From a virus: 64,000 nt of DNA. The position numbers and the translations under genes were made by a program. The notes under the pieces were generated by a model. That model had not been told where the DNA came from, did no database searches, and worked only from the letters and a program-made list of their open reading frames with translations. The stretch lies in IMG/VR virus record IMGVR_UViG_3300012922_000006, positions 1-64,000 of that record; one strand, given 5' to 3'. How positions within the stretch are numbered: the stretch's first letter is position 1; each line of letters begins with the position of its first letter. Below are positions 39,788 through 50,726 of this stretch, in pieces.

Positions 39788-41767
39788 CTACTCCGCTACG
39801 ACGAACGGGGGTGCGTCGTAGCTCCACCCGGGCACTGTCGTCGCCCAGTCCATGAGCGCGTCCGCGTCCGCCTTCGGCACCGTGACCGAGGTGCACCGCT
39901 CGTCCGTGATGAGCGGCAGGATGCTCGGCGGCACCGCGGACGCGTCCGCGAGCTGCTCCGCGTTTTGCCACCACTCGTCAGAGTTCTCGAGCACCACACT
40001 GACGACCACGCGCGGCACCGCCTCGGAATCCTCGTGCTCCGCCAGCCACGCCGGCTTCGGGTAGCCACCCGGCATCGCCTTGTGACGCACGAAGTCGAGT
40101 CCCGCGCGAGCGGTGCGGGCGGGGAGCGCGTGCTCCGGGAGCGCGAACGCCTCCTCGAGCACGTCGCAGATCAGGTCCGTCGCCTCCTCGCGCCGGAGGA
40201 GGAACGCCTGCACCGCCAGCAAGAAGTCCGCGCGCCGGCTCACTTACGACCCCGGCGCAGCGTCACCCGTCGCGTCTGCACCGCCTCCCTGGCGCACTCG
40301 AGCGGGCTCTCGCAGGTGCCCGACGCGATCGCGTTGAGCACGTCGAAGTGCAGCTCGTCCTCCATCTCGGCACCCTGGTCCGCGTCGATGACCGACGCGC
40401 GGATGATCCCCCTGACCCTCGCCCTGACTTCCGCCGTCTTCATGGCCGCAGCCTCCCGATCCACGGGTCACGCCCCTGCAACGCGCGCGAGCGGATCTTC
40501 CCCACGCGCGTCAGCCGGTACCACCCGGGCACCTCGGTCTCCTCCACGAGCTTCTTCTCCACGCACATCGCCAGCTCCGCGGTCACCACGACCGGCCACC
40601 ACGGCCGCCCGTTGTCCTGGTCGTGGTCGACGAGGTACTGGTCCTCGGGACTCAGCACACTCCTCGGGATGCTGGCGTCGGCCATCACTTCCCCCACGAT
40701 GGGCAGTCCGGCTTGTGCCGGAGCCCCCCGCCAGCGTAGCCGGGCGTGAGCACGCGGCACCGCGGGCAGATGCCCCGCGCGCGCAGCCTCCGCTCGCCGG
40801 CCTCCACCTCCTCGTTCCTGAGCGCCTCGCCCGTCGTGCAGCCGCACGTGCTGCCCTTCCTCCACGCGATGTACGGGAGCCACCCCGCCCGCGTGAGCTG
40901 CCGCGCCTGCTCGACGGTCACCCACCCGACGCGCACGGCGCCGTCGAGGAAGTCCGCCACCGCCTGCACCGTCGACGCGGCGACGTTCACGGGACCCTCC
41001 TGACCACGAGTCTGTCCTCGTCCCCCGCCCGCTCCCAGAGCAGCAGGCCGTCGTCGACGTCGTCCGCGTCGACCAGCACCTGCAGCGCCTCGCGCGCCGC
41101 GTCCTCGTACGCGGTCGGTGCCGGGATGATCACCCCACGCTGGGTATCGGGATCCACGTCGACGAAGTTCCGGCGCCCCTGGTGCGTCACGCACACGAGG
41201 TAGTCGCCCTTCGCCGCGACCCACGCGACGTCCACGCCGACCTGCCCGCAGCGGAGCTTGTGCACCACCGCCCCGGTGACGACGTGCGCCTCGACCTCGC
41301 GGGCGCTGAGGCCCGAGAGCGACGCGCCGCGCTCGCGCGCGTGCCGCTCCGTCGTGGCCAGCACGTAGCCCGACGAGATCAGCCGCGTCACGGCGAGGTA
41401 CTCCCAGACCTGGAGCGGGTGCCGCGTGCGCTCCGCGCGGTCGGTCACCGGATCCCCCGCAGGTGCGAGAGCACCCCGAAGAGCGCGCAGAGCGCCACCA
41501 GCGCCGCCGCGGTGAGCGCGTACGGCGCCGCGCGGCGCAGGACCTCGCGGACCGCGGCCCGCGCGAACTCGCTGCCCGACATCACAACTCCACCTCCACG
41601 ACCTCGGAGCCAGCCTCGACGACGTCGCCAACCACGGGAATCTCACCGAGCATGTCGTCCGCGCCGACCTCGGAGACGCCGACCCACTCGTCGTCCAGCC
41701 ACGCCTTGCACACCGATCCACACGTCGCACCCACCATCCGCATGTCCGACAGACTGATCTTACGCAT
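39788..41767 (-). other. operon of small hypothetical genes behind an early-type promoter
   Basis: Tiled ORFs 39788-40243, 40240-40464, ~40685-40990, ~40987-41448, 41582-41767. Confidence 0.45.
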
Positions 41768-41834
41768 GGCCCGCAGGCTCCTTTATCCCAGCACCCGGCC
41801 CCGCTCCGTCGCGGGCGCCATCCGCCTGACCCAG

Positions 41835-41876
41835 AGCCTACGTCCGCCCAGGGTCAGCTTGCAAGTCTTTTTTTTA
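41835..41876 (-). promoter_or_regulatory. sigma70-like (early) promoter
   Basis: A8-GAC-TTGCAA-N18-TAGGCT. Confidence 0.75.
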
Positions 41877-42416
41877 CGCGATACTCCGGACCCACCCCGC
41901 GACATACGCGAGCCGCTCGCGGAGGTCCCCTATGGAGAGCACCGCGTACTCGCCGCCGTGCTCCCCGATCATGCCGCGCAGCACCGCCTCGTACGCCTCG
42001 TGGTAGCCCGCGACCTGCACGCGGCTCGGGTCCCCCGCGAGGTCCTGGAACGCGCTCACCGGCGTGAACACGACGAGGTCGTAGCGTTCGTGCGCCTCGA
42101 AGTACTCGCGCACCTCGCCTGACCGCAGGCTGCGCGGGTCGCCGTCGCAGATCATGTACGCGAGGTTGTCGAGCACGGTGCGGTCGGTGACGAACGCCTC
42201 GTGCTCCGCCTCCCACGCGCGCTTCGACTCGAACACGCGGCGCTGGAACTCCGCGCGTCTGCCCGCCGCGTCGACATCGTACGGGCTCGCGTAGCCCATC
42301 TCCGCCGCGACGCTGCGCGCGCCGACTGGGCACACTGGGACCCCGAACTTCTCCGCGACGTGCTTCGCGAGCGTCGACTTGCCCGTTCCGGAAGCACCCG
42401 AGAACGCGACCCTCAC
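41874..42416 (-). CDS. P-loop nucleotide kinase/ATPase (AAA_28-like)
   Basis: VAFSGASGTGKST, DRTVLD. Confidence 0.75.
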   Translation of the reverse strand: MRVAFSGASGTGKSTLAKHVAEKFGVPVCPVGARSVAAEMGYASPYDVDAAGRRAEFQRRVFESKRAWEAEHEAFVTDRTVLDNLAYMICDGDPRSLRSGEVREYFEAHERYDLVVFTPVSAFQDLAGDPSRVQVAGYHEAYEAVLRGMIGEHGGEYAVLSIGDLRERLAYVAGWVRSIA

Positions 42417-42995
42417 GACTTCACCGGGACGGGCGCGAAGGGGTCGCGGTGCAGGTGCACCCTCGCAAAGGTGGAGATGTGCCCCCGCACGGCGCCGCTG
42501 CTGCACGTGCGCCGGAACTCAGCTCCGCACGTCGTGCACCGCGCGTGGACCTTCTGCTCCTCGGGAAGGCCCGTCTCCGGGTCGCGCCGCTGCGGCTCGT
42601 GCGACCCCTCTACATGGGGAGCCCAGTCAGGATCAAAGTGCTCGCTGTAGACCCTCTCCGCCATCGACCGACCTCCAGGTAACGGACAACGTACGTCCGG
42701 ATGCCGCGCTGGGTGGTCACCACGACCGACCAGCGCTGCCGCCTGCGGAACTCCTCGACGGCGACGCGGAACCACGCCGGCGCGTCCACCCCCGCGTCGA
42801 CGCGGAACGCCACCTTCCCGGACCGGAGGAACTTCCTGCGGTGCTCGCGCAGGCCCGCGAGCCACGCCGCCGCGCGGAACTGGTCGGCGACCACGTGCCG
42901 CTCGAGCGCCTCCGACGGCGTCTCGCCCTCGCGCGTCGTCAGCTCCCGAACGAGTGCACCGCGCATCCCTACTCGCTCCTCTTCATGGGGCGTGA

Positions 42996-43017
42996 AGTCG
43001 AGGCCCGGGCCTCGACT
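42996..43017. repeat. 22-bp palindrome, copy 10
   Basis: Exact copy; overlaps the TAG at 43016. Confidence 0.98.
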
Positions 43018-43233
43018 ATGGCTCCGGGCTCACGATCGACGCCTGGCGGAGCTGCTGCTCGAGCTTCGATACCTGCGCGCGTAGCTGGTCATTCTCCTTG
43101 GAGGCGCCGGCGCGCGCGTCCTCCGCCGCCCGTAGGCTCGCCTTGAGGTTGTTGATCGCCACCTCGTACGTGCCGACCAGGTCCTCGTAGAACGTCGTCA
43201 CCGCGCGCAGCGCGTCGTGCCCGTTCTTCGGCG

Positions 43234-43635
43234 TCACGGCGCCTCCTGCGACTTCGGGAGTGCGCGCTCCAGCTCCGCGACCTGCGCCCGCAGCGCGGCT
43301 GCCAAGAGCACCGCGCACGTCGTCGGGCGCACGCGGTGCGCCACCGCGAGCCTTCCCAATTCGAGGCTGAGTCCACCAACGAGGTCGACAGCGCGCACGT
43401 AGAACTCCGCCTCGCGCTCCTCGAGCCGCATGAACTCGCCCGGCTTCGCGACGAAGCTCGCGCCGTTCGCCATCTCGATCACGGGCCCCTGCGTCGGCTG
43501 CTGCGTCAACGTCGACACGTACTGCTCCCCCCGCCCGTCGAAGAGCTTCGCGACCCTGCCGATCGACTTCGTAGGCATGTGGAAGACGAACGCCCCCTCG
43601 TCGACCAGCTTCTTCGCCCACTCGAGGTCGTCCAT
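43234..43635 (-). CDS. hypothetical protein
   Basis: Tiled ORF. Confidence 0.5.
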   Translation of the reverse strand: MDDLEWAKKLVDEGAFVFHMPTKSIGRVAKLFDGRGEQYVSTLTQQPTQGPVIEMANGASFVAKPGEFMRLEEREAEFYVRAVDLVGGLSLELGRLAVAHRVRPTTCAVLLAAALRAQVAELERALPKSQEAP

Positions 43636-43782
43636 CTACGCCAACCGCCTTTCAGCATTCAGCAACGTCGCGCGATAGACGGCGTTGACCTTCAACTCTT
43701 TGGAATGACACGAGCAACAGAGGCACGTCAGGTTCGAGAGGTCGTGGCTCTTTCTTTCCAAAGTTCCAAACCCGACGCATTG
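43636..43782 (-). pseudogene. HNH endonuclease remnant
   Basis: Low-GC patch reading ..RKSHDLSNLTCLCCSCHSKELK..RRLA*, with no ATG and missing its N-terminus. Confidence 0.6.
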
Positions 43783-44919
43783 TCATCTCTTCTTCAATGC
43801 CGCTCGTTCGAAGATCGAACCCTTGCGTATTCGCGCCTCAGCGATCTCGCAATACTCAAGCGATTGTTCGATCCCCACGACCTCGTCCCAGCCCGCCTGC
43901 AGGCACGCGATCATCTCGGACCCCGAGCCGCTGAACGGGACGAGGATCCTGCGCGGGCTCCCGTCGCGACGCTTCGGCGGGAGCACCATCCTCGCGAAGT
44001 ACCGGACCAGGTCCTGCGGCTTCACCGTCGGGTGACTCGAGTGCTCGCCCTCGCCGAGCCCGCGGTCACGCTCCGACCGACTCGCCTTCGCCGTGTAGAA
44101 GAACCGCGACGCGCCTCTGCTCTGCTCGTCGATCATGCGAACCGGGCACCACGACGCGCACTCCGCATCGACGCAAAACGGATCGTGCGTGAGCACCACG
44201 TTCGAGGGCCAGCGACCGACTCGCTCCAAGGAGACGACGTTCTTCACTCCCTTGAACATGCGCGACGACCCCGAGATCGCGGCTGGTAAGACGTCTTCGC
44301 CGACCCGCGACGTGACGAGGTCGAGCCCGACGACGCCGTGCTCGAGTGCCGCATTCGCGACCGTTCCCCCGAGCATCCGGCGCGCGAGCAGCGCGGGCTC
44401 ATACGCCGGCTTCAGTCCCGTCCCGTAACCTTCCCAGTCAGCAGCAGCAGTCGCCGGTGCAGTGATCGGGATGAGCCCCGTCTCGTCGCGACCCGTCGCA
44501 CCCCTGAAAGAAACAGTCGACCCCGATCCCTTGTCGAGTCCAGAATTCTTGTGGCCGACGACCTTCGTCCGCTTCGCACCCAGTCGCTTGTCGACCGCCT
44601 TGCTCACGTCGTGGCTCTTGGGCCATCCAGCGCCGTACAGCCACATGAGCACGTCGCGGATCTCGAAGCCCCCGTCCTCCACGTTCACGACGAGGCGGTG
44701 GAACGTCCGCGAGCCCCCGAAGATGACCGCGTGCGCACCCGGCTTCAGGACCCGCAGCATCGCGCTCCACACGTTCACGCTCGGCACCGAGTAGTCCCAG
44801 CGCCGGCCCATAAATCTGAGTCCGTAGGGTGGGTCAAGGCAGGCCGCGTCGAACGACTTCTCCGCGAGCGTCCGCACCACGGCGCGCACGTCGCCGCGGT
44901 GGATCGTCCACGGCCTCAC
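43783..44919 (-). CDS. DNA N4-C/N6-A methyltransferase (beta class)
   Basis: LDPPY, HPTVKP, PFSGSGS. Confidence 0.9.
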   Translation of the reverse strand: MRPWTIHRGDVRAVVRTLAEKSFDAACLDPPYGLRFMGRRWDYSVPSVNVWSAMLRVLKPGAHAVIFGGSRTFHRLVVNVEDGGFEIRDVLMWLYGAGWPKSHDVSKAVDKRLGAKRTKVVGHKNSGLDKGSGSTVSFRGATGRDETGLIPITAPATAAADWEGYGTGLKPAYEPALLARRMLGGTVANAALEHGVVGLDLVTSRVGEDVLPAAISGSSRMFKGVKNVVSLERVGRWPSNVVLTHDPFCVDAECASWCPVRMIDEQSRGASRFFYTAKASRSERDRGLGEGEHSSHPTVKPQDLVRYFARMVLPPKRRDGSPRRILVPFSGSGSEMIACLQAGWDEVVGIEQSLEYCEIAEARIRKGSIFERAALKKR

Positions 44920-45608
44920 TTCTTCTTCGCGGCGCGCTTGGCGGGCACCGAGACGCCGAGCATGCGCGCGAGCGCGTCGCCCGACGGCTCCTCCTTCCTC
45001 GACTTCGCGCCGACCGCGGCCTTCACCGCGTCGCGCACCTCCTTGCGCGTGAAGTCGAGCTTCAGCGACGGCGCCTGCTGCGACGGCTTCGGGCCCGTGC
45101 CGTCGTCGCCCTGCGTCGGGTCGGGCTCGTCGAGGTAGGACGCGAACTCCTCGGGCTCGAGGCCCATGACCAGGACCTCCTCCGCGCCGATCGGCGACTC
45201 CGCCTGCATGTCCGCCAGCATCTCGCCGACGAGGTCCTCGCTCAGCTCCGCCTTGTCGCGCATCGCGAGGTTCAGCGCCTTCGCCGTGCGGTCGTCGACG
45301 TCGAGCAGGATCACCGGCACCTCCGGCACCTCCGTCGCGTCCTCCACCGCGATCTCGCGCAGCGCGCGCAGCCGCTGGTGGCCCGCGATGATCACGTTCG
45401 GCCCGAACTGCGGCGACAACTTCTGCGCCACGATCGGCTGCACGAACCCGTTCCTCCGGATGCTCGCCTTCAGCTGCTCGAGACGCGAGACGCTGATCGT
45501 CTTCGGGTTATACGCCGCTGGTGCCAGCACCTCGATCGCCGTGAGCACCGACCCGTGCACCCGCACCGCGCGCGAAGCGGGGACCTCCGCCACTGCCTTC
45601 TTCACCAT
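44916..45608 (-). CDS. ParB N-terminal domain protein
   Basis: YNPK...SIRRNGFVQPIV...IIAGHQRLRAL. Confidence 0.85.
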   Translation of the reverse strand: MVKKAVAEVPASRAVRVHGSVLTAIEVLAPAAYNPKTISVSRLEQLKASIRRNGFVQPIVAQKLSPQFGPNVIIAGHQRLRALREIAVEDATEVPEVPVILLDVDDRTAKALNLAMRDKAELSEDLVGEMLADMQAESPIGAEEVLVMGLEPEEFASYLDEPDPTQGDDGTGPKPSQQAPSLKLDFTRKEVRDAVKAAVGAKSRKEEPSGDALARMLGVSVPAKRAAKKK

Positions 45609-45636
45609 GTCGTGTCGCCTCCTGACCCGTGGGAGG

Positions 45637-46170
45637 TTAGCCCGCCAGCGTCACACCGGGGAGGCCCAGCTCCGCGCGACCCGCGTTCGCGATCACGAAC
45701 GCGTCGCCGGGGTCGCTCGCCGAGAACGAGAAGCCGAGACGCGAGAGCGCCGCCTGCGTGGCCGGCCCGCGCGTGCCCTTGCCGGGAGGCAGCTTGCCGA
45801 GGAGGTAGCTCTGCGCCCTCGACTGGGCGAGTGGGCGCACGACGAGGCCCCACCGCCTGAACAGTTCGTTCTTCACCGCACCCGCCAGCTCCGCGAGCAT
45901 CACGCCTCGTTGGTCGAACCGCTCATACGCATGGTCCTCGATCAGGATCGCAGGCTCTCCGGACCACTGCATGGCACCGTCAACGAACTCGACGATGCCG
46001 GTGACGATTGAGTCAACGCGCTCTGCGCGCGCCTTCAAGTCGTTCTCGCACTTCCCTCCCCACGTGTCGAAGCGCACGCGGTCCGTGGGCTTCACGGGGT
46101 CCCACGACGGGAAGAGCAGGCACCCAGCGGCCGCGCGCAGCGACAGGTCGAGGCCGATGACAGCGGGCAC
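45637..46170 (-). CDS. RuvC-like Holliday junction resolvase
   Basis: VIGLDLS, ILIED, LAELAG, DPGDAFVIA. Confidence 0.75.
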   Translation of the reverse strand: MPAVIGLDLSLRAAAGCLLFPSWDPVKPTDRVRFDTWGGKCENDLKARAERVDSIVTGIVEFVDGAMQWSGEPAILIEDHAYERFDQRGVMLAELAGAVKNELFRRWGLVVRPLAQSRAQSYLLGKLPPGKGTRGPATQAALSRLGFSFSASDPGDAFVIANAGRAELGLPGVTLAG

Positions 46171-46403
46171 TAGCAGGTGTCGCACGGGAACGCCCCGTCG
46201 CCCGGCTTCTTCGGCGGAGGCGCGAAGTCGGCTGGCACGACCTCCGCCTTCGCCGGCGCCTCCTTGGCCTTCAGCGGCGGCGGGCTCGCCGGCTCCGGGT
46301 CCGCGTAGCCCGCCTCCTCCTCGCCCGCGCCCACCGCCTGCGCGGCGCACGCCGCCGCCAGCATCCCCAGGAGCAGCACCCCGCACGCCTTCAGTCTCCC
46401 CAT
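46170..46403 (-). CDS. small lipoprotein
   Basis: MGRLKACGVLLLGMLAAA-C lipobox. Confidence 0.6.
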   Translation of the reverse strand: MGRLKACGVLLLGMLAAACAAQAVGAGEEEAGYADPEPASPPPLKAKEAPAKAEVVPADFAPPPKKPGDGAFPCDTC

Positions 46404-46421
46404 TGTCCCCTCCCCGCTTCC

Positions 46422-46886
46422 TCACGTTTCCGACTCCCCCCAGGGTACGTCGGGGCAGGCGTCGCGCAGCAGCGACCTCGCCCGCTCGAACGCGCCCGGC
46501 TCGTTCCACACCCGACAGAGCCCACTCGGGTGCGGGAGCGCGACGTACCCGTGCCCGCCGACCGGCTTGGGTACCTGCGTGAACGGGTCGAACACGCGCC
46601 CCGGGTTCCAGAAGCCGAACGCGTCGGCGACCTTCCTCCCGAGGAGTACGAACACCACGTCGAGGTTGTCCGACAGCATCGCGCCGCTGCGGTCCCTCGC
46701 CGCCGGCGCCGACCACTTCCCCGTGCAGAGGTTCGCGCGCCCGAGCCGCAGGTACGTCCGCGAGTGCAGCCCGCAGACGAGCCTCCGCATGCGCCCGCCC
46801 GCGCTGCTCGCGGGCTCGTCGTAGAGCGCGTAGCGCGGGTCCGCGCCGTAGGGGTTCATCTCGCCGACGAGGAGCACGCGACTCAT
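46422..46886 (-). CDS. uracil-DNA glycosylase superfamily protein
   Basis: VLLVGE.NP, NL, LLGRKV, LPHPSG. Confidence 0.7.
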   Translation of the reverse strand: MSRVLLVGEMNPYGADPRYALYDEPASSAGGRMRRLVCGLHSRTYLRLGRANLCTGKWSAPAARDRSGAMLSDNLDVVFVLLGRKVADAFGFWNPGRVFDPFTQVPKPVGGHGYVALPHPSGLCRVWNEPGAFERARSLLRDACPDVPWGESET

Positions 46887-46901
46887 GGACCGCGGATGCC
46901 G

Positions 46902-48824
46902 CTACGTGACCTTCACGCTCGACCACTTCCCGTCGCACTCGATGTCGATGCGGGCCGGGAGCGCGTTGAGGACGTCGTGCGTGTGACTTGAAATAAACGC
47001 CTGCGCGAACCCCGCCGCGCGCAGCATCGGCCATAGCTTCGCCCCGAGCGCCCTCCGGTTCGCCGCGTCCGCCTGCGAGAACGGCTCGTCCAGCGACGCG
47101 CTCGCCCACGCGCTCGCGCGGTCCCTCCGCAGCCACTCCGACGCCGCGAGCCGCAGCGCGATGCCACCGAGGTCCTCCGCCGCGCCGCTGCGCCGCGTGA
47201 GGTCGACCTCCAGCTTGCTCACCTGGTGCCTGCCCCGCGCCTCGCCGCACTCGCCGCACGCCTTCACCCTCGCGCTCGACGGGTACGCCCAGCCGCACGC
47301 CTCGCACCGCCGCGCCGGGTCGTTGCCCTCGCGCTGCCACGACACGCTCACGCCGAGGTCGATCCCCGCGCCGAGCAGCACACCGTTCGCGCCAGCCTCG
47401 ATCTCCGACACGGCGCCCTCCGCCACGCGCCTGCGCGCCTGCGACAGGAGCGACTCCGCCTCGCGCAGCACCACCAGCCGCGCGCCCGGCTGCAGCTCCT
47501 CGACCTGCCTCCGCGCACGCTGCGCCCTCTCGAGTCGCGAGGCGACTGCCGCCCGCTGCGCGCCCAGCTCCGCGCGCCTCGACCTCGCCGCCCGCGCCTG
47601 CTCCTCCAGCGCGCCGGCGTCCTCGGGCTCCCCCGCCGCGCGCGCCTGGTCGTACGCGGGGCGCATCCTCCGCTCCTGCTCGCGCATCACGCGCACGCGC
47701 TCCTCGAGCCGCTCCGCCTCCTGCCGGTGCGCGAGTGCGCTCCGCTCCGCGTCTCCCGCGCGCTCGTACTCCGCGTTCGCCGAACGGACGGCGTCGACGG
47801 TCGCCCTGTACAGCTCCAGGGAGCGCTTCCGACCCGCGTTGATCTTCTCGGCTACCGGGCACTGCATCTCGGCCACCGGGCACCGACCGTCGAACTGACC
47901 CTGCGACAGCTTCCGCTTCTGCTCCGAGTCGGAGGCCGCCGCCTTCCAGGCAGTGGCCGCCTCCAGCTCCTCCCCCTGCGCGGCCTCGTGCTGCAGCCGG
48001 AGCTTGTCGAGGTCCTTCGACTTGAGGACCGCGGCGATCCTCTTCCCCTCCGCCACCAGCGCGTCGTACTCGGGCACCACCGCGAGCAGCGACTCCAGCC
48101 TGCGCGCGAGGTCGACGCGGGCGACGAGCCCGGCCACGTCCTCGTCCAGCCCGACCACGTCCTCGTCCAGCTCCGCGACGCGCCCCGCGAGCTGCTCCTC
48201 CGTCTGCCCGTCGAGCGCCTGCCGCCCGACCTCCTCGGCGACGCGCCGCTTCTCCGTCCTCTCGCGCTCGTGGACGCGCTCGGCGTCGAGCTTCTCCGCC
48301 GCGATCCCGTGCGCGGCGTCGAGCCTGTCGAGCCGCGTCCACGACGCGATCACCGCCATGCGCTCCGACGGGTCCGCGAGCACCAGCCTCGCCGCCTCCC
48401 GCTGCTGCAGGAAGCAGCTCGCCATGCGGTCCTCCCGCGAGAGGCCGAGCAACCCGTCGAGGTAGAGCTGCGCGTCGTCGTTCACGAGGCTGGTCGACAT
48501 CCCCGGCAGGGTGACGTCGAGCGTCGTCTTCTTGTCGCGCGTGCGCGCCACCCTCGTCCCGTCGGAGAGGACCAGGCGGACCCCGCCCGACTTCTCACCC
48601 TCCGAGATCCAGCCCGCGGCACCGTGACGCCGGTGCTTGTTCTGCCAGCCCCCGAGGCAGAACTCAATTGCCTCCAAAATGCTGGATTTCCCACTCCAAT
48701 TCGACGATTCCGGGTCGTTCGTACGGTGCGCGAAGACGCCGTACGCGGTCGGCCCGAAGTCGAGCACGTGCTCCCCGCGAAACACCATCCAGTTGACGAG
48801 CACGAGCTTCGCCACGTGCAGCAT
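46902..48824 (-). CDS. sbcC: SbcC/Rad50-like SMC ATPase
   Basis: NWSGKSS Walker A, Q-loop, coiled coil with central CPV, RSGA signature, SLDEPF Walker B, ISSH. Confidence 0.85.
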   Translation of the reverse strand: MLHVAKLVLVNWMVFRGEHVLDFGPTAYGVFAHRTNDPESSNWSGKSSILEAIEFCLGGWQNKHRRHGAAGWISEGEKSGGVRLVLSDGTRVARTRDKKTTLDVTLPGMSTSLVNDDAQLYLDGLLGLSREDRMASCFLQQREAARLVLADPSERMAVIASWTRLDRLDAAHGIAAEKLDAERVHERERTEKRRVAEEVGRQALDGQTEEQLAGRVAELDEDVVGLDEDVAGLVARVDLARRLESLLAVVPEYDALVAEGKRIAAVLKSKDLDKLRLQHEAAQGEELEAATAWKAAASDSEQKRKLSQGQFDGRCPVAEMQCPVAEKINAGRKRSLELYRATVDAVRSANAEYERAGDAERSALAHRQEAERLEERVRVMREQERRMRPAYDQARAAGEPEDAGALEEQARAARSRRAELGAQRAAVASRLERAQRARRQVEELQPGARLVVLREAESLLSQARRRVAEGAVSEIEAGANGVLLGAGIDLGVSVSWQREGNDPARRCEACGWAYPSSARVKACGECGEARGRHQVSKLEVDLTRRSGAAEDLGGIALRLAASEWLRRDRASAWASASLDEPFSQADAANRRALGAKLWPMLRAAGFAQAFISSHTHDVLNALPARIDIECDGKWSSVKVT

Positions 48825-49276
48825 CAGAGCCCCGCACCCGCCATCGCAGCCTCCACCTCGTCGCGCAGCGCGCCCCTGTCCGACGTCCTCGCCTCCTCGA
48901 CCATCGCCTCCACCACCTGCCGCACGCTCTTGTGCGCCGCGGGCACCGCCGCCGGCGCGGGCGCGTGCACCTCCGCGCGCGCCCTGGGCATCACGCGCAC
49001 CGCGAACGCGCCCAACTCGGACAGCGTCGCCGCGACGCTCTCGACTTGCGCGTCCTCCACCCCGACCGGCGGCTGCACCTTTACGAGCGCCCCGCGCACG
49101 TCCGGGACGGACCCGTCACCGAACCCCCAGAGGTCGTCGTCCTCGCGCACGTTGAAGAGCGCCACCGCGCCGACGTGCACGTGCGTGAGTCGAGGCCCGG
49201 GCCTCGACTCCGCGGGGACCGGGAACTCGACCGGCTTCACCGGCAGCTTCCCCATCGGGGCCTTCCGGACCCTCAC
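48824..49276 (-). CDS. probable C-terminal (capping) part of SbcD encoded separately
   Basis: Starts with VEFPVP..., contains VRGALVKV...LSELGAFAV; lies between the HNH gene and sbcC. Confidence 0.55.
   Translation of the reverse strand: MRVRKAPMGKLPVKPVEFPVPAESRPGPRLTHVHVGAVALFNVREDDDLWGFGDGSVPDVRGALVKVQPPVGVEDAQVESVAATLSELGAFAVRVMPRARAEVHAPAPAAVPAAHKSVRQVVEAMVEEARTSDRGALRDEVEAAMAGAGL
49188..49209. repeat. 22-bp palindrome, copy 11 (inside a CDS)
   Basis: Exact copy; read as SRPGPRL. Confidence 0.98.
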
Positions 49277-49683
49277 GCTGCCACCCGTGCATGACACGGG
49301 GCGCAAAGCCACCGGACATCCAGAGGTCGGGAGTAGTCAACGTGATGCATCTCCAGCTCCGTCGTCACCGCCTTGCACTTCGTGCACTTCGTCGGTTTCA
49401 CGATCTTCCCCCTCCGGTACGCCCTATTCGCCTTGGCTCTCGCGGAAACCTTCTCCGGATACTTGCGCACGTAGTCCTTCCGCTGCTTCGCGATCCGTTC
49501 CGGATCTGCAGCGCGGTACCTCCGCACGTTCTGGTTCGCACGAGCACGATTCTCGCGACACCACTTCGCAGCCTTCGCGTTCTGACAGGTCCGACAGTAG
49601 GGGTGTCGTCCGTCCTTGCGAGTCACGTCGCGATGAAAGCTAGTCGCCATCTTCCGCAACCCACACCGACGACAGAGCTTCAT
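49273..49683 (-). CDS. HNH homing endonuclease
   Basis: CxxC..CxxC N-terminus; CTKC...HHVDYSRPLDVRWLCAPCH; lower GC. Confidence 0.85.
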   Translation of the reverse strand: MKLCRRCGLRKMATSFHRDVTRKDGRHPYCRTCQNAKAAKWCRENRARANQNVRRYRAADPERIAKQRKDYVRKYPEKVSARAKANRAYRRGKIVKPTKCTKCKAVTTELEMHHVDYSRPLDVRWLCAPCHARVAA

Positions 49684-50393
49684 AACTCGATGACCATGAA
49701 GCTCGGCTGGTGATCCTCCTCGCCGAACGTGAGGCGGGCCAGAGAACCTGGAATGTGCACGCCGTCCGGACTCACCTGCCGCCGATGAAAATGCCCGTTG
49801 AGCATCAGGCTCGACACCTTCTTCGCCGCCTCGACGGGGAACACGACCTCGCGACCGCGGGGCATCTCCGTCGTCTCCTCGCCCGGGATGATCCCCGGCA
49901 CGTGGAGGTGCCCGATCGTGACGACACCCCGCAGCTCGCCGACGTGCTCCTCCACCGCCGCGGCGGGGTCGTAGCCGTGGCTCGACGCCGTGAAGGGGAG
50001 GCACATGATCGGCGGCCACCCGACGCTCCTGATCAGGCGCGGGCGGTCCGCGACGTGCACCCACTCACTCGAGTCGAGCGCGTGCCGCTTCAGCGGCTCG
50101 AGCACCGTCTCCCCCGTCCCGTCTTCGAGCACGCAGTGGTTCCCCGAAAGCCAGACGCTCCGCACCTCCTGCTGCTCGAGGTACGCGGCGACCTGCAGGG
50201 CGGTCCTCAGGCACCGGAAGACGACGGGGCCCGAGTCGGGGTCGCAGAGGTCGCCGAGGAAGAGGAACGCGTCGACCTTCCCCTCCACCGCCGCGCGCGC
50301 CGCCTTCCACATCGCCCCCTCAACCTCTGCGAACCGACTCACGCCGATGGTCTGGTGATCGAGGTGGGCGTCGCTGCAGACGACGAGCTTCAA
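49680..50393 (-). CDS. sbcD: SbcD/Mre11-like metallophosphoesterase nuclease domain
   Basis: SDAH, GDLCD, GNH, GHL, GHFH, PGSL.RL.FGE; TTG start with AGGAGG. Confidence 0.88.
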   Translation of the reverse strand: MKLVVCSDAHLDHQTIGVSRFAEVEGAMWKAARAAVEGKVDAFLFLGDLCDPDSGPVVFRCLRTALQVAAYLEQQEVRSVWLSGNHCVLEDGTGETVLEPLKRHALDSSEWVHVADRPRLIRSVGWPPIMCLPFTASSHGYDPAAAVEEHVGELRGVVTIGHLHVPGIIPGEETTEMPRGREVVFPVEAAKKVSSLMLNGHFHRRQVSPDGVHIPGSLARLTFGEEDHQPSFMVIEL

Positions 50394-50726
50394 GACGACA
50401 CCTCCTTCTTCGCGCGCCTCACGTCGAGGACCTCGCACGCGCCGTCGAGCCCGTGGTCCCGCACGAGCTGCAGCGCCTGGCAGTAACCCAACCCCGCGTA
50501 CGTCTTCTGGAGGTCGCGCGCGTCGCGCTTCTCCGACCGCTTGGCCGTCACGCGAACCTCCCCGATGGCCGTATGCGCTCTCGCTCCCCAGCGATGCGCC
50601 CCTTGATCTCGTCCTCGGAGAGGTGACCGGACTCCCGATACCGCGTGCAGATCCGGTACTCCGAAGAGTCGACGGTGTTGCCGCGGAACTGCACCGTTGC
50701 ACCGTCACACTCGGGGCACTTGTTGC

